From assembly GCF_018350175.1 (NCBI RefSeq), contig NC_058368.1, positions 152,956,001-153,020,000 of the forward strand: 64,000 bases of DNA, given 5' to 3'. The notes under the pieces were generated by a model. The model saw only the letters and a list, made by a program, of their open reading frames with translations, was not told the DNA's origin and ran no database searches. Shown one piece after another: positions 28,001 through 39,787 of this stretch. The position numbers and the translations under genes are program-made. Source of the stretch: Felis catus (taxonomy: Eukaryota). Numbering within the stretch: the first letter of the stretch is position 1; the number at the start of each line of letters is the position of its first letter.

Positions 28001-31000
28001 ACATCGTCCGTGTCATCTTTTAGTTTTCTCTAAGAACCCAAAATAAATTCAAAAGGCACACCGTGGTTGGCATTTACTCTGAATTTACGAGTCTTCTGTG
28101 ATTTTGATGACGTTCCTCCTTATTCCAAGTTTGTCCATTACTGGCAAAGGGATGGTACACAGGTGAGCTGGCTGAGTTTAGCACAGTACTCTGTTTCATT
28201 GTAAACATATACTCTGGGGAAAGACAGACGGATTTGTATACACTGCCAAGGCTATTGCCACAGTGAATGTGTTTCTGAGTCAGAATTCCTAAGATAGAGA
28301 AACCTGTGTCAAGAGCTTGGAGGGAGGCTTTAGGATGTAGCCAGTGGAAGTGTTGGGTCAGATCATAAGACTCAGCTTCTGAGGTTACATCACAAACTCA
28401 AAAGGCCTCCAGGGGCCAGTCACACCATAAGCATATGAAAGAAAACAAGTGTAAAGCAACAGGGAATGGTGACAGAGGGGACATAGGGAGTACATGCCCT
28501 GCTTAAGGGCATTCTCATTCGAATTATTAAGAACACTGAGCTGGCCAAAGAAAACACATATGCAGGCAGAAGTTCACTTTCCAGTGTGTGACGCCTGCCG
28601 TGAGGCCAAGTTCAGTTCTGTTGGCTGGTTTAGTTTGGTGGATCCCATTAGATTGGCCCAGGGTGTGTTAGCATCTAAGGGGATTCTAAAGCCTCAAATG
28701 AAAGAGTCAAAGAGTCATGGACCCTATCCCATTGGCCTCATCTTTTCTCTGTTCATCTTATTCCCCCCCCAGCACACATACACACATGCACGCACGTACA
28801 CCCGGTCATGAACAGGCCTGGAAATGCAGAAGCCTGAGGCCAAAATCGTGCTCCTAGCAGGTTGATATATTAGTCTGCAACCCAAGCAGAGAAACTGCAC
28901 TTAATATGGGGTGTGGTAGCTGTTTGGTGTAACTAAATAATGTTAATTTTTATTTCATCAGAATATGATATTTCTATGCTTTAAGCCACTTTTATGTCCT
29001 TCATATTTTGGTAGTGGCATATACTTATTCTGAAAACAAAATTGGTTTCGAACAGTTTTCCTTTCCAAAGGTACTGGTACAGAAGGGACATACTCGGTAC
29101 TTAAAATAATTGATTCTAAAAGCAGTACATTGCTTAAAATAATGCCACTGCATCAGGAACATTTTCCGGTTTTTCCTTCGTTGGATGACTCAGGACTATT
29201 CTGTTTACTCTTCCTGTCTGTCCGATGGAAAAACAGAAAAGCATATTTGAATGAACTTTCCTTGGATTGTTTTCAAATTTTTTATTTAAATATTTCCATA
29301 GGACTTCATAAACAGCAAACAGAACAAATATACAGAATGACTTATCATTGGCCAAGGGAGAAAAGCTATTAAAGTACCAGCACCAGGAGAATAAGTGAAA
29401 TACAAATATATTTGATAATAAATAGTAAACATCCAATTACATTTGCTTTAGATTAATATGATCTTTTCAGATAATGACACCATTAATGGGTTATTGAATG
29501 ATACGCCATGACGTCTCTCAGTCTGTGAGTTAATCAGACAAGTTACTTGGAAGCAAAAAGCCATGCTCTGTTGTAACTGGAACAAAAGCCCAGGGAGAGA
29601 GGAAGGGTGCTGCGAACACTGGAGCCAGCCAGTTTGAACCGGCACGAGTTAGAAATGCTGGGAGAGGAGAGGTGGGACCGGCAGAGAGGAGGAGCACTGG
29701 GAAGAGAATTATATTCAGCGATTCCTCAGTTCAGAGGTTCACTGTAAGGCAGTTCAGAGGCTCTCATTTGAATGTGTGGTTATGGCCATAACATTCTCAC
29801 AAACTTCTTATTCTTCTATGAAAGAAACACAGAAACAGCTGTTGTACTACAGCAAAGCTTTCTGCATTTTTTCTCCTGGGATTTGCCCTTTTCCCCCCCT
29901 CCTTATCAGGGTAGAGTATGAATACTAGTAAAGTAGCATTCTTAGTTTTGAACATTTCCTAAGAAAAAAATAAAAACAAAGTATAAATAAAATCTGTTCT
30001 AAAGAATTCCTAATAAATTCATGCCAAGTAAAAGCACTTCTTTTGAGTATTGTAAACAGATATCACCATGAAAAGCAAATAAAACTATACTTCAAAAACT
30101 GTCTAATTACAATATTGTAGAATATGTGTTAGGGATGTACATTTGTTCTAAATCACCAGAAACAGGAAATCACCCGTAACCCGTGTGAGGATCAAAGTCA
30201 CTAAAGATTTTCTTAGGTAAGGGAAATGAAATTGGTTGATATTACATGATCAGCCTTGTGAAAATTTATAATACGAGTAGCCATTAAAAAAAATAAGAAT
30301 GAATTTCAGGAATGAGTTAAATTGAGTGGGCAGGAAGGTAGATATAAGGCTTCTGGTATGTTTCAAACTCATGATACTCAAATCAGTTCTGTCTCATTAA
30401 TTTTGGGTTTTACTACTACTAGGCAGCAATCCAGAATCATTTAAAACTTGCTAGATGCTTTCCACTCTGAGTCACTGCCAACCCTGTCCCCCAATTGAGA
30501 ATACAGGTATTAGAGACAGAACTGGAAGAATCATCTAACCCCAAATCTCAGCCATACAGATATTTGGAGGAATTTAAAAATTCAACTTCAGAGCAGACTC
30601 TCATGCAGAGTTAGAGATAGTCTAAATTCAAATGCATATGGAATAAAACCCATAGCTAACTTATTTTGTATCTTGACATTTTATTTATAGATGGGTAATG
30701 TAATAATCTTATATTACCCATTCATTTCAATATTTCTTCTCACAAAGCTTTATATTAGAATGATTTACAAGAAAACCATAGCCTTCTATATATTTCTCTT
30801 CTTTGGTAGATATCCATTGAGTAAGGAACCATCTGGAAATAACAGTGTGTACCAAAAAAGCTACCTAAGCTAATCCAAAAGGGAATAGTTAGAATTATTA
30901 ACTGGCCACTCTTTCTTTGGCGATGGCTCATTGACACTATTCACCTACTATGTTATGAAACACATTATTAAAGCTAACCTTGTGTATTGTAGGTGCTAGG

Positions 31001-31374
31001 TGCTAAGATGACAGCAAAGGAGTTCCTGACAGTACTGTAATCTTTGGCTAAACATGTGTACTTGACAATTAACTAACAATGCCAGGCAGCATTCAATTAA
31101 GAACACTAAGTAGCAGACACAATAAGGAGTTAGTTCTGGAAAAATACTAGCCCAAGTGTATTTGGAGAAAGGGCCATAACTTGGGTTGTTCCCTGGAGAA
31201 GGGATAGAACTGAGCAAAAGAGAGGTGGAGGGAAAATGAATGTGAGATATTTATAGGAGGTTGAGGAGTTTTTCAGAGTTAATGGTAGGTTCTGAGTTTG
31301 AGACGAGTGAAATGTTGGAGAGTACGGATAAAGTGGGGTGAGGTTAGAGATTGTAAAATTAATCCTTATAGATC

Positions 31375-31590
31375 AAGTCTCACAAACCCAAATGCCTCTA
31401 AGAGGCCAGATAAGCTGTTTAAGTGAGGTGCAAGGGACTGACTGATCATTCCCTGTGGCAAGGACTTCTTACTTTTCAAGAAAAATCAAATATGTGAACT
31501 ATTGTGTGAAATATCTGGACTTTTAAAGCAGTAAGCAGGCCAAACAAAACCTATGTGGAGGCTGTGATACCATAGCCACAATTTGTGTAG
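31375..31590. mobile_element. hAT (MER45-like) DNA transposon fragment; a similar fragment lies at about 28385-28590
   Basis: cacaaacccaaatgcctctaagaggccag...gcaggccaaacaaaac, compared with cacaaactcaaaaggcctccaggggccag...ggccaaagaaaacaca. Confidence 0.45.
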
Positions 31591-32299
31591 GAAAAGGTGA
31601 GCCTTGCAGCCTTTTCCTCACCACAGATATGATGAATATTTTAAGAAGGATGTCACAGTGGTTGCCCATAGGTGATTTTGAATGGGAAGGAGCTACAGCC
31701 TTAAGGAAGTCTTTCCTGTGCCTTTTCCAACTAGGAGCTACAAATAGTCCCCAAGACTTGGAGACTGACTGAGCTAGTCCTAATGTGCTTCCTTAGGACC
31801 CTTTGGGTAGGAGGGAAAATTGTAGAGTAGCTCTTAAAAACTGGCCTTCTCCTGTCACTCATAAAAATGTCTTTTGTCAGCAGTATCCGCACTGCTTGCC
31901 TCTAGCCATGCTTCACTTTTAATTGTCAAATACAGTGAGGCATGGGTGGGGAGCAAGAGAGTTGGTGACTTGGTTAGTTCGTTGATTGGTTGGTTGTCTT
32001 GAGGATCTTCTGAGTTCTAGATGCAGTATCAAGCTTCAACCCTGGCCTTTAAATTAGAACATCAGAACCTGGAACCATTCTGCTACTTCTTGGCCTTAGC
32101 ACCTTGGACAAACCATACAGCTTCTTGAACCTGACATACTGTTTCCCATCCCAGGACCATGGCACTTGCTGTGTTCTTTTGGCCAGCAAAACTTTTCTTC
32201 TCACATTTACTGACTGTCACTTCCGTGTCCTTAAGATGACAGCTACAATGGTACTTCTTCAAAGAGACCTCCCATGATTTTCCCTTCTAAATGGAGCCT

Positions 32300-32722
32300 G
32301 GGGGTGCTCTAACAAAGTAGCCAAACTGGGCCCCTTAAAACAACAGAAATGTCTTTCCTTACTGTTGTAAAGGCTGGATGTCTGACATCCAGGAGTCAGT
32401 GGAGCCATGCTCCCTCTAAAGGCTCTAGGGAAGAGTCCTCCCTTGCTCTTTCATAGTTTTCAATGAATGCCAGCCATCTTTGGCATTCCTTGGATGGCAG
32501 CTACCTGACTCCAATCTCAGACTCTCTTATCACCATGGCCTTCTTCCCTGTGTGTGTTTGTGTCTCCACAGAGTTCTTAAAAGTCATGGGATTCAGGGCC
32601 CACCCTAAGCTAGTGTGACCTCATCTAAACTAATGACATCTGCAAAGACATTATTTCCAAATAAAGTCAACTTCCGAGGTTCCAAGTGGACATGAATTTT
32701 GGGGTGACACTATTAAAACCAT
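32300..32722 (-). mobile_element. MLT1-type (MaLR) solo LTR
   Basis: ...cttaaaacaacagaaat...ccatgctccctctaaaggctctagggaaga...catctgcaaagacattatttccaaataaagtca...catgaattttggggtgacactatt. Confidence 0.85.
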
Positions 32723-32974
32723 TGCAAGATCCCTGTTTTCTCTTCTCCGTTGTACTGATCGTATGTGTAGTTGTATGTTCATTTGTTACTTTATCTTCCT
32801 GACATGAAAATTCTGTAAGGACAGGATTCAAGTCTCTTTTATTTGTTTCTCCCTACCATTTGTGCCTAGATTATTATTGATAACTAAAGGCTAATCAAAC
32901 ATATTTATTCAATGAGTTCAATAATCTTTTTTCCTCAGGGCTCATTTTCTTCAGTGATAAAAAGATGGGGTTGG

Positions 32975-33190
32975 GAGGTGCGTGCCTTGGTGGCTCAGTC
33001 AGTTAAGCATCCTACTCTTGGTTTTGGCTCAGGTCATGACCTCATGGTTGATGAGTTCGAGCCCCCAAGGAGCTTCATGCTCACGGTGCGGAGAGCTTGC
33101 TTGGAATTCTATCTTTCCCTCTCTCTTTACCCCTTCCCTGCATGTGCTTGCTCGCTCTCTCTCTCTCTCAAAATAAATCAACTTAAAAAA
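32975..33190 (+). mobile_element. CanSINE
   Basis: Head, (CT)n and A tail. Flanks aaaagatgg / aaaatgatgg. Confidence 0.9.
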
Positions 33191-34073
33191 TGATGGTTTG
33201 TAATTGTTGGTCCTTAAAGTATTTTACAGTGCAAATAATACATGATTCTGTCCTTCTCTAGATGCTCAGTGACACCAAGTTGGCCTTTGCTTGCACAAGA
33301 TTTTTTTAAACTATGATTACACTGTGTCTTTCATTTAGAGTTCCACTTGAAGGGAAAGGAAAAAAAACACAGAACACTGAGATAACAATTAGTTGGCCTG
33401 ATAAAAAGGGACCAACAAATTTCCAAGATTCAGATTGTGTCTTTAAGTGTAATGAACACTCATTCTGGGTTATATTTGAAAACTGGGCACCAAAGCTAAA
33501 TGTACTTCAAGCAGTTTTCAGTTTTACATTCAGAGGGATTGATGCCCCAAAAGACCTTTTTAAATTTCAAACAATGTTATTTCATAGGAATATAATTCAT
33601 ATCCTTTTAAATTTAAAAAGATGTGGGACAGTTATTTCTCATGAAAGTTAATTTATCAGTTTGAATTATTTAATTGGAAAATTATTGGAAATTAGTCATC
33701 ACTTTTAACAATACAGTGTTGCTAAAACATACTCTTGGGGACCTTTAAATGCCATCAGGAAAAAATTGTCCACTTAATTTTGCTACTGAGAAAATGGGCT
33801 GGGTTTTATTATTTTTGTTTTATTAAAACACGATTTTATTTGCATTAAATTTAAGAATGTTTAAAGTTGCAATTCTAAACAAAACAAATGCAGTTCTAAG
33901 ATTCCTAAGTACTTATAATTGAAAAGGAACATAACTGTGATAAAAATGATGAAGAACTGACTATATTAATATCTTTATGCTGTAAAAGCTTGTTCATAAG
34001 TGTTTTTTATTTTGCTAGAAATGTCACCAAAATAGACATAGTTTTGGTGTCAATTAAAAATGCTATGTCAACT

Positions 34074-34230
34074 GGGGCGCCTGGGTGGCTCAGTCAGTTA
34101 GGTGTCCAACTCTTGGTTTTGGGTCATCTCATGGTTTGTGAGATCAAGCCTTGACTGGGCTCTGTGCTGATCATGGAGCTTGCTTGGGATTCCCTCCTCC
34201 CCCCCCCCCACCTCTCATATAAAGAAGCAT
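34074..34230 (+). mobile_element. CanSINE (shortened)
   Basis: ggggcgcctgggtggctcagtcagtt head. Confidence 0.85.
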
Positions 34231-34264
34231 TTTTAAAAATCATATGTCAACCAAACTTATGGGG

Positions 34265-34473
34265 TTTTTTTATGTTTATTTTTGAGAGAGAGACAGAGTG
34301 CGAGCAGGAGAGGGGCAGAGAGAGAGAGAGAGAGAGGGAGACACAATCCAAAGCAGGCTCCAGGCTCTGAGCTGTCAGCACAGAGTCCGACGCAGGGCTC
34401 GAACTCAAGAACTACAAGATCGTGACCTGAGCTGAAGTCAGATGCTTAACCACCTGAGCCACCCAGGCGCCCC
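34265..34473 (-). mobile_element. Felid CanSINE
   Basis: ...cacctgagccacccaggcgcccc head and (GA)n. Confidence 0.93.
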
Positions 34474-34514
34474 TCAACTCTACTTATGTTAAAATGTTTT
34501 TAAAAAATCAGATG

Positions 34515-34734
34515 GGGGCGCCTGGGTGGCGCAGTCAGTTAAGCGTCCGACTTCAGCCAGGTCACGATCTCGCGGTCTGTGAGTTTGAGCCCCGCGTCGG
34601 GCTCTGGGCTGATGGCTCAGAGCCTGGAGCCTGTTTCCGATTCTGTGTCTGCCTCTCTCTCTGCCCCTCCCCCGTTCATGCTCTGTCTCTCTCTGTCCCA
34701 AAAATAAATAAACGTTGAAAAAAAAATTTTTTTT
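34515..34734 (+). mobile_element. Young felid CanSINE (SINEC_Fc-like)
   Basis: CpG-rich and near consensus. TSD AAAAATCAGATG at 34503-34514 and 34735-34746. Confidence 0.95.
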
Positions 34735-36122
34735 AAAAATCAGATGACTTCAGTTCAATTCAATAGACATATTTTAATCCAGGCCCTGTGTATATGCTGA
34801 AGATGAAAAGCAAAATAGTATGAGGCACTTACTTCCCGGCCAGTGAACTGAATTTTTTCCTATTCCAAAGACAAACTTTTCTCTTTCCTTTTTTCCTTGT
34901 TTCTCTTTAGTGCTGTAACTAATCAGTAAGAAGAGAGAGAAATTGAACTGGGAAGATAGCAGGATGGGAGCCAGGTGTCAGCCATGCATCTTATTTCCTA
35001 CCTTCCCAGCCAGGAAGAGGGATTTAGTCATGAGCACAGGAGAAGAAAAGCGAGGGGACATGGGTTTCCCCGTCACCAGGAAATTCTAGAGGCTCTCTGC
35101 ATAATAGAGCATCCTTGCACGTAATGGGTGGATTTGGTTTAGACTCTGACCCATGTATTCTGAGATGTTTTTGAATTATAAGTCAGAAGGAAGCTGAAAA
35201 ATCATAGTATTTTAGAGCTAGTAAGGTACGTTAGCTTTCATCCAACCCTACCCTCTGATTTTAAAATGGATTGTGTTCTGTTGAGTATTTGGAAGTGACT
35301 CAGTAAAGTACACAGTGCTCTGATGTGACGTTTCTTGGACTAAGGAGAGATGCTTTTATTCATGTTTGATTAACCATTTCCAGAATAATTGTTAAACACA
35401 AACTTTGTACAATGGTTGGTCCATGATTCCTATCAGCATCTTAACAATTGAATGTTTCTACATGAATGAAGGAGAACTGGCAAGGCATTTATTAAAGTGT
35501 GGTGGTCACTTCAGTGAAAAATGTAGTAACGAGTATATTGCTGCATATTAAGGTAATTACACCATACTGTTCTCTGTGGAGAAGTAGTTGTCCAGGTGAG
35601 AGATAATAGTGGAAAGGGATGTGGGATTGACATATTCAAGAGGTATTTAAAAAGTATAGCTGATAGAATTTGAGAACTAATTACACAGGATGAAAAAAAA
35701 GAAGTCAAGGGCTTGAGTACTGGATCAGTTACTGGACCCAGAACATTGGATGTACTTTTTAGTGAAGAGGAGAACATTTCAGTGTGGAGTCTTGTAGGGA
35801 GTGATTATGCCTAAGTATGTATCTCTGATTATTTCACATATTCATAACCAATCTATTTTAAGTTTTAAATTTAATACCATCTGATCATTACTTATCTCAA
35901 ATAAGGCCTAGTAACAAATTTTATTTTTGCTCATAATTATTATATATATCATATATATGTATTATATATATAATATGATATATATCATAATATAATATGA
36001 TATATATCATAATATTATTTTTGCTCATAAAAATGAGTATTTCACTTAAGTTAATGCAATTTCTGTTTTATTAGAAGCCATGGTTGTAATTAACCACATA
36101 GTTAATTTTAAAAAGCAAAAAC

Positions 36123-36258
36123 AGGGTGGTTGAGCGTCCAGCTCTTGATTTCGGCTCAGGTTGTGATCCCAGGGTTGTGGGATCTAGCCCTGCATTGGGC
36201 TCTGCGCTGATTGTGAAGCCTGCTTAAGATTGTCTCTCTCTCTCTCCCCCTGCTCCTC
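36123..36258 (+). mobile_element. CanSINE, partial
   Basis: ttgagcgtccagctcttgatttcggctcagg...gcctgcttaagatt. Confidence 0.8.
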
Positions 36259-36576
36259 AATAGAATAGAATAGAATACAAAATACTTTTAATGGTGCATG
36301 CAATTAAATGAAAAAGTCTCCATTTTAAATTAGTTTCTAAATTATAGGTTTGTAAACATTTCCAAATGAGTTGGTATCCTGCAAATGATAAATTCAAAAC
36401 ATTTATTTACATTAAATAATAAATAAATTTATAAATGTTCTCATAAGTAATAAATTTAATTTATACTAAAATTTTATTTCTTTTAAAAAGAAATAAATCA
36501 ACAAATATTTATTAAATTCTCACTAGATCTTAGCCAATGTACTATTAGGTATACCTCGATAAACAAGACATGAGCC

Positions 36577-37429
36577 CTAAAAAACGTGAATAGACATTTC
36601 TCCAAAGAAGACACCCAGATGGCCAACTGACACATGAAAAAATGCTGAACATCACTCATCATCAGGAAAATGCAAATCAAAACCACCATGAGATACCACC
36701 TCATACCTGTCAAAATGGCCAACATTAACAACTCAGGCAACAACACATGTTGGTGAGGATGCAGAGAAAGAGGATCTCTTTTGCACTGCTGGTGGGAATG
36801 CAAACTGGTGCAGCCACTCTGCAAAACAGTATGGAGGTTCCTCATAAAATCAGAATCAGAACTACCCTGCGACCCAGCAATCACACTACTATGTATTTAT
36901 CGAAAGGATACAGGTGTACTGTTTCCAAGGAGCACACGTACCCTGATGTTTATAGCAGCACTATGAACAGTAGCCAAAGTATGGAAAGAGCCCAAATGTC
37001 CATCGATGGATGAATGGATAAAGAAGATGTGGTGTATATATATACCATGAAGTATTATTCGGCAATCAAAAAGAAAGAAAGCTTGCCATTTGCAACTACA
37101 TGGATGGAACTAGAGAGTATTATGCTAAGTGAAATTAGTCAGAGGAAGACAAATACCATATGACTTCACTTATATGAGGACTTTAAAACACAAAACAGAT
37201 GAACATAAAGGAAGGGAAGGAAAAATAATATAAAAATAGAGACAGAGACAGTACATAAGAGACTTTTAAATATAGAGAACAAAGGGAGCAGTGCTGGAGG
37301 GGTTGTTGGAGGGGGGATGGGCTAAATGGGTAAGGGGCATTAAGGAACCTACTCCTGAAATGATTGTTGCGCTATATGCTAACTACCTTGGATGTAAATT
37401 TAAAAAATATATAAATTATTAAATTAAAA
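36577..37429 (+). mobile_element. 5'-truncated carnivore L1 (ORF2 C-terminus plus 3' UTR)
   Basis: ORF2 C-terminal motifs ([31 protein letters not shown]) and an L1 3' UTR ending in an A-rich tail. Confidence 0.95.
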
Positions 37430-37436
37430 CACACAC

Positions 37437-37484
<48 letters not shown>
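37429..37484. repeat. (AC)n microsatellite at the L1 tail
   Basis: Directly visible. Confidence 0.95.
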
Positions 37485-37921
37485 CACCTGGGAGCTAAAT
37501 GCTTCTTGGCACACAGGAGCCAAATGTTCCCTGAGCTTGTAATATATTTTTTGTGCTTTTTAAATGGTCTCTTTACAATATATATTAAATAAATATGTCT
37601 AATGTTCTAGAAAAGTTCTCATCTCCATAAGAAGAGAATATTCAGTCTTGGCAGCCTCAGTTTACCCATTAGTAAACTCTTTCACTGGGACAATATGCTG
37701 GAAAGCCTGCTGCCATTCCAATGGGCAGAGTTACAAGAGAGGGGAGAGCTAGAGGGATGTGGTGATGAGTAGTATTAGGACCCTGAGCCACACCTGGATC
37801 TCCAAATATCAGCACTTCAAGGACTAGGCCTGGGGCATATGAACCAGTGCAAGATAAAATAAGGAAATACATACATACATACATACATACATACATACAT
37901 ACATACATACATACATAAAAC
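37430..37921 (+). mobile_element. Probable L1 3'-transduced segment with a second, degenerate A-rich tail (ATAC)n
   Basis: TSD CAAGACATGAGCC at 36564-36576 and 37922-37934 encloses the L1, (AC)n, about 380 bp of unique sequence and (ATAC)n. Confidence 0.75.
37867..37917. repeat. (ATAC)n microsatellite
   Basis: Directly visible. Confidence 0.95.
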
Positions 37922-38279
37922 CAAGACATGAGCCTTACCTTCAAAGTGCTTAAATCTGAACTGAGAGTTTATTAAATACAAGTTATGTAGAATTGGAGCT
38001 ATTTTTAAGGATATAACTTATACTGCATGTAAAGCTATCTTAATTTTTTCAGACAGTGGGTAACTTGCTGTAATACTCTTCTGTAAATCTGTGGCAATAC
38101 TTGCAAAGGTCGGTTATTTGTCATTGTTAAGATAGGAATTTCCTAAAGATCGAGGGTCAAAATTTCTCCACAGACTAAAAACTAATGAAAATTTTATACG
38201 GATATCCAAAACTCCATTGTACCAAGAACTAGTAATTGCCCATAGTCTCCCCTGAGCCTTTAAAAGTTATCTCTCTTTT

Positions 38280-38488
38280 GGGGTGCTTGGGTAGCTCAGT
38301 CAGTTAAGCATCCCACTTTGGCTCAGGTCATGATCTCTCGGTTCGTTGAGTTGGAGCCCTGCATTGGGCTCGCTGCTGTCAGCACAGAGCCTGCTTTGGA
38401 CCCTCTGCCCCCCTTTCTCTCTGCCCCTCCCCTTCTCTCTCTCTCCTCTCTCTCTAAAATAAAAATAAACATTAGAAAATAAATAAAT
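38280..38488 (+). mobile_element. CanSINE
   Basis: Head, (CT)n and A tail. Degenerate TSD. Confidence 0.9.
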
Positions 38489-39105
38489 AAAAGCTCTCTC
38501 TGTTTTAGTACTGGCTATCAGTGCTGCCCAAATAGTGCCTCTCTTTCTGATCTCTCTGCCCTGCTGCTGCTACCCCTGCCTCCATCTGTTTTCTGTCTGC
38601 CTTTTTTTGGTTCCTTCCACTTCTCGAGTCTTTGCTTTAGTTCAAAACAGCTAACGTTTATGAACATCATTAGTCAGTTACCGTGCTCTTCATTCCAATC
38701 AGACAGTCATGGGTTACCATTTATTAACTCTGAGACCTTTTTATTTTCATTGCTACTTTCTGTTCAAAGGTAATGCATTTTTGTTAAATCCTTTTTGTGC
38801 CTGCAGGGGGGTGCCGTGAAAAAGATTGAGTTGGTGGAAGGGTGGACTATTTTGAGGTTTAAGCATGCTGGATACTTGAAGCTGCCAGACTGATCAGTAG
38901 ATATCCCACATATCTAATATGACCAAAGTCAGCTTCCCCAAGTCCTTGTCTTATTCCACATCTTATTTCATAACACTGTCAGAAGAATCACATTTTCTCC
39001 TTTGGGACATGAACTCAGTTAAGCTGTCTGTGTAGATAGTAATGAGAGAGAAGTATCAAAATGTCACTTCAGATTTCTACCATTTAAATACAAGAGTCAA
39101 CTTTT

Positions 39106-39238
39106 TTTTTCAATATATGAAGTTTATTGTCAAATTGGTTTCCATACAACACCCAGTGCTCATCCCAAAAGCTGCCCTCCTCAATACCCATCACCCACCC
39201 CCCATCAACCCTCAGTTTGTTCTCAGTTTTTAAGAGTC
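39106..39238 (-). mobile_element. Very short 5'-truncated young felid L1 (L1_Fc-like 3' end)
   Basis: Poly-T followed by caatatatgaagtttattgtcaaattggtttccatacaacacccagtgctcatccc (felid L1 3' UTR). Perfect 15-bp TSD CAAGAGTCAACTTTT at 39091-39105 and 39239-39253. Confidence 0.9.
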
Positions 39239-39572
39239 CAAGAGTCAACTTTTATGTAGATTTTGATCTACTTGTGTTGATCTGACCTGTTTCCTTATAT
39301 GGAACCCTCTTTTATTTCCTATATGCTACTGGATTGTCTACGGTAGGAATTTTTCATTTTTCACATTTTTAAAAGAAAAGCACTTGGATTATCTGTTGAT
39401 AATCATCACCTACTTTTTATCAGTTCAAGAACATAAATTTTAGTATTAACCTAAAATAAACTTAAAAACAGCTTAATAAAATTTGTTAATTGAAAAGAAC
39501 AATTTGAATCACTTTTGAGATTTGCCAGCATTGAGCATGTTTATGGGAACATTAATATTAACAGAAATACTC

Positions 39573-39787
39573 TTTTTTTTAAATTGTTTTTATGTTTGTT
39601 TATTTTTGAGAGACAGAGACAGAGCATGAGCAGGGAGAGAGGGGCAAAGAGAGAGGGAGACACAGACTCCAGAGTAGGCTCCAGGCTCTGAGCTGTCAGC
39701 ACAGGGCCCGACTCGGGAATCAAACTGCAAAGATCATGACCTGAGCCAAAGTCGGACGCTTAACCAACTGAGCCACTCAGGTGCCCC
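39573..39787 (-). mobile_element. Felid CanSINE
   Basis: TSD cagaaatactctt / cagaaatattctt. Confidence 0.92.

Noticed and set aside
34515..34600. tRNA-like A/B-box sequences
   Set aside because: These are the tRNA-derived heads of CanSINEs, not tRNA genes.
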